Positions 49,883 through 61,015 of a stretch of DNA of 64,000 bases are shown here, in pieces. The notes below the pieces were generated by a model that did not search any database, was not told the origin of the DNA, and worked only from the letters and a program-made list of their open reading frames with translations. The position numbers and the translations under genes were made by a program. This DNA is from Squalus acanthias (Eukaryota), in the NCBI GenBank assembly GCA_030390025.1, contig JASTWF010000327.1:248001-312000 (forward strand). The letters are read 5' to 3'. Each line of letters begins with the position of its first letter. Within the stretch, counting starts at the first letter, position 1.

Positions 49883-50530
49883 GGGGGTGAAATTGGGTTG
49901 CTTTGTGCCTCCCGCGATATTCAGCGGGAGGTTAGCGGCGGCGGTAGCCGGTAGCGCCCCGCGGCACTGCACCGCCGGCAATGACGTCATCGCCATGCGC
50001 AGCACCCCGGCTGCAACCTTGGGTTGCGACCCCTGACCTATCGCCGGACGATATGTCCGACAGGGTCAAGGGTCGTTCTTGCAGCCGCGGCGACGCCACT
50101 TAAAGGGCAGGTGTCGGGCGGCAACTTTTTATTTTGGCCGACTGCCAGCACCTGCCCCCTTCCCCTTTCTTCTTCGGGGTGCCGGCCGCGATCGCTCAGC
50201 CCGGCGCTCCTCTTGATCCGACACCCCGCTCCCCGGTGGTCCAGCAGGGCCCCGGTGTGAGCAGTGCTAGGCCCCTCCCCTTTAATCAGGGAGGGAGGTC
50301 TGCTATGACACGGTGCTATGTGCCGACGGGCGTGGCGCTGTTGCACGAAGTGCCGCGAAATTCACTGGTAGCGCCCCAAGAGGGAGGGGAGCGCTTCCAG
50401 TAGCACCCCGCCTCCTGCTTGGGGCGCTACCACTGAATTTAATGCGCAGGGGCGCTAACTTTTTTGGGGCGCTAAAATTAGCCCCGGCGACGTTAGCGAC
50501 CCAAAGGGGGCGCCACCGAATTTTTCCCCC
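49883..50530. mobile_element. Non-autonomous TIR element, possibly PIF/Harbinger-like; partial inverted copy 60641-61015
   Basis: Ends gggggtgaaatt...aatttttccccc, flanked by CAA/TAA, inserted in an old CR1 remnant. Confidence 0.55.
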
Positions 50531-51104
50531 TAAGAGTCTAAATGGGCTGGAGGAGCAGAGGGATCCAGGGATACAGATACACAAATCACTAAAAGTAGCG
50601 ACACACGTTAATAAGGCCATTAAACAAAAAAGCACTGGGGTACATTCCTAAAGGAGCCTTCTGTTCCGTGCCTAGGAGCTCTGAACCATGGCAGAGAGCG
50701 GCTGGGACACGTTTCTCACACGCCTCGAGATTAACCCGCACGGGGACTTTGCTGTCAGTGAAGAGAGACGAGAAAGACCAAAGTGCCGTTTGCCCCTCTC
50801 AGTGTGGCCCTGAAGGACTGTGTCCAGGCTGAAGTTCTGTTCCCGCCGTACGATCCTCCCCCAGATTGTCCTTTCTGAGCTCCAGCCAGGTGATGCTAAA
50901 CACTCAGGTGGGAAAGAAGAAAATCTACAACAATGTGTTTAAAACAAAGCTGATTTACTTGACATTTATCCAGAATATTAAACTCCAGCCCAGTTACAGG
51001 AGTTATTAACATCAGCAGAAATAAACCCCAACTGTCAGAATGAACATGGTTCAGTCCTGGATGTGATTAACAGCAGCAATAACAGCAGAATCCAACCCCT
51101 GCAG

Positions 51105-51974
51105 TCACTTGTGAACTTGCTGGTGTCTCAGCAGGTGGGATGAACGAGCGAATCCCTTCCCACATACGGAGCAGGTGAACGGCCTCTCCCCAGTGTGAGT
51201 GCGCTGGTGTACAGTGAGGTCAGATGAGTGCCTGAACCCAATCCCGCAGTGAGAGCACCTGAACGGTCTCTCCCCGGTGTGAACATGTTGATGGTACGTC
51301 AGTTCCCAGGAACTTTTATAGCACTTCCCGCATTCCGGACATTTAAAAGGTCTCTCATCAGTGTGAACTCGCTGGTGATTCAACAGGTTGGATGACTGAG
51401 TGAATCCTTTCCCACACTCGGAACAGGTGAACGGCCTCTCTCCAGTGTGAACTCGCTGGTGTCTCAGTAGGTGGGATGAATTAGTGAATCCCTTCCCACA
51501 CTCAGAGCAGGTGAACGGCCTCTCCCCACTGTGAACATGCTGGTGTCTCAGCAGTTTGGAGGACAAAGCGAATCCTTTCCCACACTCGAAGCAGGTGAAC
51601 GGCCACTCCCCAGTGTGTAGGTGTTGGTGTCTCTTCAGCTCCCCGGGGTTTTTAAAGCTCTTCCCACAGTCAGAACACTGAAATGGTCTCTCGTCAGTGT
51701 GAACTCGCTGGTGTGTTTCCAGGTGGGATGGATAAACAAATCCCTTCCCACACACGGAGCAGGTGAACGGACTGTCCCTGGTGTGACTGCGCCGTTGAAC
51801 TTCTATTGCAGACGGGGAACTGAATCCCTTCCCACCGTCCCCACCTTTACCCGGTTTCTCCCCGGTGTGACGGTGCACGTGTCTCGCCAGGGCAGGCGAT
51901 CGGCTGAATCCGCGTCCACACACCGAACACGTGTGCGGTTTGTCATCGCTGCAATCGCTGCTTTCTCCTTCCAT
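51105..51974 (-). CDS. C2H2 zinc-finger protein, 9 canonical + 1 degenerate finger (289 aa from ATG 51974)
   Basis: ORF 51105-52235; acceptor tttacag|g, exon starts 52083. Confidence 0.87.
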   Translation of the reverse strand: MEGESSDCSDDKPHTCSVCGRGFSRSPALARHVHRHTGEKPGKGGDGGKGFSSPSAIEVQRRSHTRDSPFTCSVCGKGFVYPSHLETHQRVHTDERPFQCSDCGKSFKNPGELKRHQHLHTGEWPFTCFECGKGFALSSKLLRHQHVHSGERPFTCSECGKGFTNSSHLLRHQRVHTGERPFTCSECGKGFTQSSNLLNHQRVHTDERPFKCPECGKCYKSSWELTYHQHVHTGERPFRCSHCGIGFRHSSDLTVHQRTHTGERPFTCSVCGKGFARSSHLLRHQQVHK

Positions 51975-52329
51975 GTGCAAAGGCCGATGATGTTCAGGTC
52001 CGGATGAATCGAGCGACTCTGTCAGATCTTGACGTGTTGTTTGGTCTGAGCTTCCCACCTGTAACTGCTCCACTTCTATAACCCTGTAAATTGAGATCAG
52101 AAAAGGATCAGAGACAAACTGTTGTTTAATTTTCCCCTTTCCGAACCTAGGGGCAGTGAAGCTGATTTTCAGGCTCCAGCTGCTGCACAGGTTGGTTGAA
52201 AGGATCAGCAGTAATGGCGGCTGCAATACCCACAAGCCCCGGCGCTCCAGAAAGTGCTCTGTTGACGCTGAGTCCCGCCCATGTGCTCATGGCCCCCGCG
52301 CTCTCCCTCCTGCTCCACAATCGCCCGTC

Positions 52330-52500
52330 CCGATCGGTCCACAACGCGCATGCTCAGCGCACAAAACCCCGCGGTTGGAACATCGGGCGCGCATGCGGAG
52401 CCGCAACATCTGGTACGTGTGCGCGGCTCAGGTGGGGGCGAGTCGGTGTTTCGCCTCAGCCGCCAGGGAGGTGCGCATGCGCAGGACGACCCAACATTCT
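52330..52500. promoter_or_regulatory. CpG-rich NRF1-site cluster upstream of the minus-strand ZNF
   Basis: Perfect TGCGCATGCGCA at 52472-52483 plus gcgcatgc at ~52347 and ~52389. Confidence 0.5.
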
Positions 52501-52645
52501 TCCTGTCAGCAATCACTCCCTCGTTTCTTTAATAAAAACAGAAACTGCTGGAAATACTCAGCAGGTCAGGCAGCATCTGTGGAGAGAGAAACAGAGTTAA
52601 CGTTTCAGGTCGATGACCTTTCGTCAGAACGGCTTGTTCTTTAGT

Positions 52646-52872
52646 GTCAGCCAGTGGCTCAGTGGGTAGCACTCTTGTCTCTGAATCAGAAAGTTGTGGG
52701 TTCAAGTCCCACTCCAGAGACTTGAGCACAGGAATCCAGGCTGACGCTCCAGTGCAGTGCTGAGGGAGTGCTGCACTGTCGGAGGTGCCGTTTTTTGGAG
52801 TAGACGTTAAAGCGAGGCCCCGTCTGCTCTCTCAGGTGGACGTCAAAGATCCTATGCCATTATTTTGAAGAA
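52646..52872 (+). mobile_element. tRNA-derived DeuSINE (SacSINE1/AmnSINE-like), 3'-truncated
   Basis: A box tggctcagtgg, B box gttcaagtc; Deu-domain-like gacgttaaagcgaggccccgtctgctctctcaggtggacgtcaaagatcc. Confidence 0.72.
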
Positions 52873-54082
52873 GAAAAGCAAAGAGAGGGCATGAAAAAAT
52901 ATTGGCAAGTAAAATCAAGGAAAACCCAAAGATGTTTTATAAATACATTAAGAGCAAGAGGATAACTAAAGTAAGAGTGGAGCCTATTAGGGACCATAAA
53001 GGTAACCTGTGTGTGGAAGTGGAAGACATGAGTATGGTTCTTAATGAATACTTTGCGTCTGTTTTCACAAAAGAGAGGGACGATGCAGACATTGCAATCA
53101 GGGAGGAGGGAGTGTGAAATATTAGATGAAATAAACATAGTGAGAGAGGAAGTATTAAGGTGTTTAGCATCTTTCAAAGTGGATAAATCCCCAGGCCTGG
53201 ATGAAATGTATCCCAGACTGTTAAGAGAAGTAAGAGAGGAAATAGCAGAGGCTCTGACCATCATTTTCCAATCCTCTCTGGCTACAGGTGTGGTGCCGGA
53301 GGACTGGAGAACTGCTAACGTGGTACCATTGTTTAAAAAGGGAGAAAGGGATAGACCGAGTAATTACAGGCCAATCAGCCTAACCTCGGTGTTGGGAAAT
53401 TTATTGGAAAAAGTTCTGAGGGACAGGATAAATCTTCATTTAGAAAGACACGGATTAATCAGGGACAGTCAGCATGGATTTGTTATGGGAAGGTCGTGTC
53501 TGACTAACTTGATTGAATTTTATGGGGAGGTAACAAGGAGGGTCGATGAGGGGAGTGCGTTTGATGTAGTCTATATTGATTTTAGCAAGGCTTTTGATAC
53601 TGGTCACGAAAGTAAAAGCCCATGGGATCCAAGGCAAAGTGGTAAGTTGGATCCAAAATTGTCTCAGAGGCAGGAAACAAAGGGTAATGGTCGAAGGGTA
53701 TTTTTGTGACTGGAAGGTTGTTTCCAGTGGGTTTCCGCAGGGCTCAGTACTGGGACCTTTGCTTTTTGTGGTATAGATCAATGATTTGGACTTGAATGTA
53801 GAAGTATGATTAAGAAGTTTGCAGATGACACAAAAATTGGCCGTGTGGTTGATAATGAAGAAGAAAGCTGCAGACTGCAGGAAGATATCAATGGACTGGT
53901 CAGGTGGGCAGACAAGTGGGAAATGGAATTCAATCTGGAGAAGTGTGAGGTAATGCATTTGGGGAGGTCTAACAAGGCTTGGGAAAACACTATAAATGGT
54001 AGGACACTGAAGTGCAGAAGATCAGAGGGACCTTGGAGAGCATGTCCACAGATCCCTGAAGGGAGCAGGACAGGTAGATAAG
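52873..54082 (+). mobile_element. CR1 ORF2 fragment, frameshifted
   Basis: ORFs 52902, 53044, 53576, 53806 (KFADD). Confidence 0.88.
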
Positions 54083-54449
54083 GCGCATGCGCACACGGAG
54101 CGGCGACACAGCGACCCCTCCCGGTCACCAAGGACAATAACCGCGCATGCCCAGAGGACACCAAACCCCTCCCCCACTCGGAGCTGCGCCTGCGCGGTCG
54201 GATCCTGCCGGACGGAGTCAGCGCAGGGCATTCCGGGGAAAGGCCTTGGTGTCCGTTACAGAGTCGCGATCGGTGACGCAAAGTGAGTTTTCTCCGCTCC
54301 GATTGGGTGGAGAATCGCGCGGGGTGGGGGGGAGGGGTGGATCGGGAGAGAATAAAGAGAAATAGAAAAACCTCAGAGTCCGCGAGGCCCCGGACCGAGC
54401 GGAGTCAGTTGGACGGAGCACGTGATCTCCTCGGAGTCACGTGACCCTG

Positions 54450-54560
54450 GCCCGGGCTGATTGACGGGAGCTTCTGACCAATAGGGAGCGAGCGGGGCGG
54501 GGCTGGAGGACCGAGCCGGCGGCGGGTCCTCCAACCAATCGGGGAGCCCGAGGGGCGGGA
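54450..54560 (-). promoter_or_regulatory. Promoter module P1, inverted copy within CpG island 54085-54640
   Basis: Reverse complement aligns to 19160-19270; CCAAT at ~54478 and ~54535. Confidence 0.65.
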
Positions 54561-54709
54561 CTAGCGCCGGCTGATTGTCTGATCCGCGGGGCAGCGAGTT
54601 TCTCCAGTCCCTTGTTCAGGGCCCGGGGCTAGGGGAGGCTGTGGGCCTTTATTCCCCTTATTGGACACAAGGCTCTTTGTCTCACAACACACTGGCTCAA
54701 GGTTTTAAT

Positions 54710-55612
54710 TGAGAGGTCGCACAACACCAGGTTATAGTCCAACAGTTTTATTTGAAATCACAAGCTTTCGGAGCTATCGATTGCTCCTTCCTCAGGTGAA
54801 GTAAATTAGATACAGAATCGCCAAAGCATATATAGATAGAGAACAAAGCATGTGTACTTTACAATTGCAGGCCAATAAATTAAATCATCCTGACTATCTG
54901 CCGAGGTGTGATAAAGTTAATTAAGTCAGCCAGGAAGGTACCACATCAAAGACATAGCAAGATACAACTGAGACAATGAGGTGTAGTCGCAGGGGTTCTA
55001 ACGTGTCAAAAGCTGCCGTCTGTATGTAAAACGAAAAGCTTTAAAAATATTTTACTTTTTTACTGGGAAAATTTTTACTTTTTTACTGGGAATCACATCT
55101 GTGAACAAGCTAACGACGACTCGAGTCCGGATCACGTCATGTATCGTGACATAAACCCAAGATCCCGATTGAGACCGTCTTCATGAGTGCGGAACTTGGC
55201 TATCAGTTTCTGCTTGATGATTTTGCGTTGTCGTGTGTTTCTAAGGTTGCCTTGGAGAACGCTTACCCGCAGATCCGAGGCTGAATGTCCTTGACTGCTG
55301 AAGTGTTCCCCGACTGGGAGGTAACAATCCTGCCTGGCGATTGTTGCGCGGTGCTCGTTCATACGTTGTCTCAGTGTCTGCATGGTCTCGCCGATGTACC
55401 ATGCCGCGGTGCATTTGTAATTGTAAAGTACACATGCTTTGTTTTCTATCTATATATGCTTTGGCGATTCTGTATCTAATTTACTTCACCTGAGGAAGGA
55501 GCAATCGATAGCTCCGAAAGCTTGTGATTTCAAATAAAACTGTTGGACTATAACCTGGTGTTGTGCGACCTCTCAATTTTGTCCACCCCAGTCCAACACC
55601 GGCATCTCCGCA
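54710..55612 (-). mobile_element. Penelope-like element with inverted pseudo-LTRs and TSD
   Basis: GIY-YIG C-terminal ORF 55132-55383; ~54707-54868 inverted at ~55415-55577; tcaaggttttaat at 54697 and 55613. Confidence 0.88.
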
Positions 55613-55697
55613 TCAAGGTTTTAATACAGACTTTTTAAATTCATGAATAAAAGCAGATAAACCCCGTGCTTCTGTGGAACAAACTTTCTAATATTTT

Positions 55698-56945
55698 ATA
55701 GAATCATAGAATGGTTACAGCACAGAAGGAGGCCATTCAGCCCGTCGAGCCCGTGCCGGCTCTCTGCAAGACCACTTCAGCTAGTCCCACTCCCCGCTCT
55801 TTCCCCGTAGCCCTGCAAATTTCTTTACTTCAGATACTTATCCAATTCCCTTTTGAAAGCCGTGATTGAATTTGCCTCCACCACCCTTTCAGGCAGTGCA
55901 TTCCAGATCCTAACCACTCGCTGCATAAAAAAGTTTTTCCTCATGTCGCCTTTGGTTCTTCTGCCAATCACCTTAAATCTGTGTCCTCTGGTTCTCGACC
56001 CTTCCGCCAAGGGGAACAGTTTCTCTCTACTCTGTCCAGAACCCTCATGATTTTGAACACCTCTATCAAATCTCCTCTCAACCTTCTCTGCTCTAAGGAG
56101 AACCACCCCAGCTTCTCCAGTCTATCCACGTAACTGAAGTCACTCATCCCTCATCCCTGGAACCATTCTTGTAAATCTTTTCTACACCATCTCTAAGGCC
56201 TTCACATCCTTCCTGAAGTGCGGTGCCCAGAATTGGACACAATAATCCAGTTGAGACCGAACCAGTGTTTTATAAAGGTTCATCATAACTTCCTTGCTTT
56301 TGGACTCTATGCCTCTATTTATAAAGCTCAGGATCCCGTATGCTTTTTTAACCGCTTTCTCAACCTGCCCCGCCACCTTCAATGATTTGTGCATACATAC
56401 CCCCAGGTCTCGCTGTTCATGCACCCACTTTAGAATTGTACCCTTTAGTTTATATTGCCTCTCCTCGTTCTTCCTACCAAAATGTATTACTTCACACTTT
56501 TCTGCATTAAATTTCATCTCCCACGTGTCCACCCATTCCACCAGCCTGTCTATGTCCTCTTGAAGTCTGTCAGTATCTTCCTCACTGTTCACTATACTTA
56601 CAAGTTTTGTGTCATCTGCAAATTTTGAAATTGTGCCCTGTACACCCAAGTCTAAGTCATTAATATATGTCAAGTAAAGCAGTGGTCCTAGTACCGACCC
56701 CTGGGGCACACCACTGTGTACCTTCCTCCAGTCCGAAAAACAACCGCTCACCACTATTCTCTGTTTCCTGTCACTTAGCCAGTTTCATATCCATGCTGCC
56801 ACTGTCCCTTTTATTCCATGAGCTTCAACTTTGCTGGCAAGCCTCTTATGTGGCACTTGTCGAACGCCTTTTGGAAATCCATCTACACCACGTCAACCAC
56901 ATTGCCTTCATCAACCCTCTCTGTTACCTCATCAAAAAACTCAAT
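55698..56945 (-). mobile_element. CR1 3' fragment
   Basis: ORFs 56182-56754, 55825-56106. Confidence 0.9.
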
Positions 56946-57652
56946 CAGAATCAGAGCGGCCGGGCCCGGCGGACGTGCGGCCAGGGCCCCGGCACCAGGA
57001 AACCCAGGGTGCAGCGCCTCCCCCATCCGAGCTGCCGCTTCCCGGTTTCTTCAGCCGGTTCCACCGAGTCCGACTCGGGACAAAGGACAGGAGCCAGGCT
57101 CCCAGAATAGCCCGCGGCCCCGAGCTCAGCGGGGAAATCAGCGCGTTGGATAGAGCGGTTTCTGGGGCATGGGGGATTATGGGTGCTGTGGCCGCCATTA
57201 GTCAGCGGCTGTCGGGAAGAGTTTTATTGCAGGCTGACGGAAGGTAGGTCCCTGACCGCCTATGTAGGTCTTTTTGTTGCTTCAGTTTGAGCTGGAGTGG
57301 AGATGGAGGAGGAGCTGCTGGGTTTAACCCCCAGTACTTCTGAGCCCAGGAGGACCCAACAATTTCCAATGTGAGACTGTCAAGGGAGGTGGATTCTGGG
57401 GGAGATTAGGTTGTTAAACAGACACTGTCCCTACAATGTAAAAGAATATTGTTTTAGGAACAAGTATTTCTGTACAGGCTTTTAATCCAGTTTACATATG
57501 TAGAATTTTAAAAATTCATTCTTAGGCTGTGGGTGTCACTCACAAGAGCAGCAAATATTGCTAATCTCCAGTTGCCCGTTGAGAAGGTGGTGGTGAGTCA
57601 CTTTCTTGAACTGCTGCAGTCCGTGTGGTGAAGGTACTCCCACAATGTTGTT

Positions 57653-58603
57653 AGAACATAGAACAGTACAGCACAGTACAGGCCCTTCGGCCCTCAATGT
57701 TGTGCCGAGCATTGTCCGAGACCAAGATCAAGCTGTCACACTCCCTATCACTCTGGTGTGCTCCATGTGCTTATCCAATAACCGCTTGAAAGTTCCTAAA
57801 GTGTCCGACTCCACTATCACAGCAGGCAGTCCATTCCACACCCCAACCACTCTCTGAGTAAAGAATCTACCTCGGACATCCCTTCTATATCTCCCCCCAT
57901 GCACCTTATAGTTATGCCCCCTTGTAACAGCTGCCTCTACCCGAGGAAATATTCTCTGAACATCCACTCTATCTATCCCCCTCATCATCTTATAAACCTC
58001 TATTAAGTCGCCTCTCATCCTCCTCCGCTCTAAAGAGAAAAGCCCCAACTCCCTCAATCTTTCCTCATAAGACCTCCCCCCCAAACCAGGCAGCATCCTG
58101 GTAAATCTCCTTTGCACTCTTTCCAATGCTTCCACGTCCTTCCTATAGTGAGGTGACCAGAACTGCACACAATATTCCAAATGTGGTCTCACCAAGGTCC
58201 TGTACAGTTGCAGCATAACCTCACGGTTCTTAAACTCAAACCCTCTGTTAATAAACGCCAACACACCATAGGCCTTCTTTACTGCTCTATCCACTTGAGT
58301 GGCAACCTTCAGAGATCTGTGGATATGAACCCCCAGATCCCTCTGCTCCTCCACGTTCCTCAGAACCCTGCCGTTGACCCTGTAATCCTTATTCAAATTT
58401 GCCCTACCAAAATGAATCACCTCGCACTTATCAGGGTTAAATTCCATCTGCCATTTTTCAGCCCAGCTCTGCATCCTATCAATGTCTCTTTGCAGCCTAC
58501 AACTGCCCTCCACCTCATCCACTACTCCACCAATCTTGGTGTCATCAGCAAATTTACTGATCCACCCTTCAGTCCCCTCCTCCAAGTCATTGATAAAAAT
58601 CAT
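57653..58603 (-). mobile_element. Young CR1 3' fragment in ZNF intron
   Basis: ORF 57728-58726, same subfamily as 14518-15557. Confidence 0.92.
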
Positions 58604-59196
58604 ATATATTCGGTAAGGAGTTCCAGGATTTTGACCCAGCAACGATGAAGGAATGACTATATATATCTGAGTCAGGATGGTGTGTGACATCGAGGGGAAC
58701 TTCGGGATGATGGTGCTCCCATGCAACAGCTGCCCTTGTCCTTCCAGGTGGTGGATGTTGCGGGTTTGGGATGTTCTGTCAAAGTTCTGGTTGAGTTGCA
58801 GATGTATAAAGTTCCTCTCCTTCGCCCCCTCCCCCCCGTCCCACTCCCACCTCTCTCTCCTCCCATAGAGGCCAGAGTCATGTGTAGGCCCAGACCAGGT
58901 GGCTGATTCCCTTCCCTGAGGGACATCAGTGAACCAGTTGGGTTTTTACGACAATCCGGCAGCTTTCATGGTCACTTTTTTCTAGTGCCGGCCCCACAAA
59001 TGACCAGATTCATTCAGCTCAATTTCACAACCTGCCTTTGTTTTCTTGTGGGTTCTCTCTCACGCTCCCTGTTTTAAATTTATTTTACAGGGTATTAGAA
59101 GGGGAGGATTTACAGACGGTAAGCTCAAACCAAACATCACATCAAGATCCGACAGTCACTCGACTCATCGGATCTGAATATCACCGGCCTCTGAAC

Positions 59197-60066
59197 ATGG
59201 AAGCAAAAAGCACCGTTCACAGCGGGGAGAAACCGTACACGTGTTCTGTGTGTGGACGAGGCTTCAGCCAATCCTCTGGCCTATCGAGACACAAGCGCAT
59301 TCACACCGGGGAGAGGCCATTCACCTGCTCTGTGTGTGGGAAGAGATTCATTCACTCATCCGACCTTCAGACACACCAGAGAGTTCACACTGGGGAGAGA
59401 CCGTTCACCTGCTCTGTGTGTGGGAAGGGATTCACTCAGTCATCCACCCTGCTGAATCACCAGCGAGTTCACACTGATGAGAGACCTTTTAAATGCCCGG
59501 ACTGCGGGAAGTGCTATAAAAGTTCCGGGGAACTGACATGCCATCAACATGTTCACACTGGAGAGAGACCGTTCAGGTGCTCTCACTGCGGGACTGGGTT
59601 CAGGCGATCATCTGAACTCACTGTCCACCAGCGCACTCACACTGGGGAGAGGCCATTCAGGTGCTCTCACTGCGGGACTGGGTTCAGGCGATCATCTGAA
59701 CTCACTGTACACCAGCGCACTCACACTGGGGAGAGGCCATTCAGGTGCTCTCACTGCGGGACTGGGTTCAGGCAGTCATCTGAACTCACTGTACACCAGC
59801 GAGCTCACACTGGGGAGAGGCCATTCAGGTGCTCTCACTGCGGGACTGGGTTCAGGCAGTCATCTGAACTCACTGTACACCAGCGCACCCACACTGGAGA
59901 GAGGCCGTTCACCTGCACCGTATGTGGGAAGGGATTCACTCGTTCATCCACCCTGCTGACACACCAGCAAGTTCACACTGGGGAGAGGCCGTTCACCTGC
60001 TCTGAGTGTGGGAAGGGATTCACTCGTTCATCCAGCCTGCTGAGACACCAGCGAGTTCACAAGTGA
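59197..60066 (+). CDS. C2H2 zinc-finger protein, 10 fingers (289 aa from ATG 59197; possible upstream coding exon 57179-57243)
   Basis: Acceptor ttttacag|g at 59090; open fingers; AATAAA ~60212. Confidence 0.88.
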   Translation: MEAKSTVHSGEKPYTCSVCGRGFSQSSGLSRHKRIHTGERPFTCSVCGKRFIHSSDLQTHQRVHTGERPFTCSVCGKGFTQSSTLLNHQRVHTDERPFKCPDCGKCYKSSGELTCHQHVHTGERPFRCSHCGTGFRRSSELTVHQRTHTGERPFRCSHCGTGFRRSSELTVHQRTHTGERPFRCSHCGTGFRQSSELTVHQRAHTGERPFRCSHCGTGFRQSSELTVHQRTHTGERPFTCTVCGKGFTRSSTLLTHQQVHTGERPFTCSECGKGFTRSSSLLRHQRVHK

Positions 60067-61015
60067 CTGCAGGGGTTGGATTCTGCTGTTATTGCTGCTG
60101 TTAATCACATCCAGGACTGAACCATGTTCATTGTGACAGTTGGGGTTTGTTTCTGCTGATGTTAATAACTCCTGTAACTGGGCTGGAGTTTAATATTCTG
60201 GATAGATGTCAAATAAATCAGCTTTGTTTTAAACACATTGTTGTAGATTTTCTTCTTTCCCACCTGAGTGTTTAGCATCACCTGGCTGGAGCTCAGAAAG
60301 GACAATCTGGGGGAGGATCGTACGGCGGGAACAGAACTTCAGCCTGGACACAGTCCTTCAGGGCCACACTGAGAGGGGCAAACGGCACTTTGGTCTTTCT
60401 CGTCTCTCTTCACTGACAGCAAAGGCTCCGTGTGGGTTAATCTCGAGGCGTGTGAGAAACGTGCCCCAGCCGCTCTCTGCCATGGTTCAGAGCTCCTAGG
60501 CACGGAACAGAAGGCTCCTTTAGGAATGTACCTCAGTGCTTTTTTTTTTAATGGCCTTATTAACGTGTGTCGCTACTTTTAGTGATTTGTGTATCTGTAT
60601 CCCTGGATCCCTCTGCTCCTCCAGCCCATTTAGACTCTTGGGGGGGAAATTCAGTAGCGCCCCCTTTGGGTCGCTAACGTCACCGGGGCTAATTTTAGCG
60701 CCCCAAAAATGTTAGCGCCCCTGCACATTAAATTCAGTGGTAGCGCCCCAAGCAGGAGGCGGGGTGCTATTGGAAGCGCTCCCCTCCCTCTTGGGGCGCT
60801 ACCAGTGAATTTCGCGGTGCTTCGTGCAACAGCGCCACGCCCGTCGGCACATAGCACCGTGTCATAGCAGACCTCCCTCCCTGATTAAAGGGGAGGGGCC
60901 TAGCACTGCTCACACCGGGGCCCTGCTGGACCACCGGGGAGCGGGGTGTCGGATCAAGAGGAGCGCTGGGCTGAGCGATCGCGGCCGACCCCCGAAGAAG
61001 AAAGGGGAAGGGGGC

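Noticed and set aside
48221..50651. Several 100-200 aa GC-rich ORFs
   Set aside because: Overlapping on both strands in CpG-rich/repeat DNA, no recognisable domains
59197..60066. PRDM9 or a named ZNF ortholog
   Set aside because: No SET/KRAB exons visible; generic fingers do not support a gene symbol
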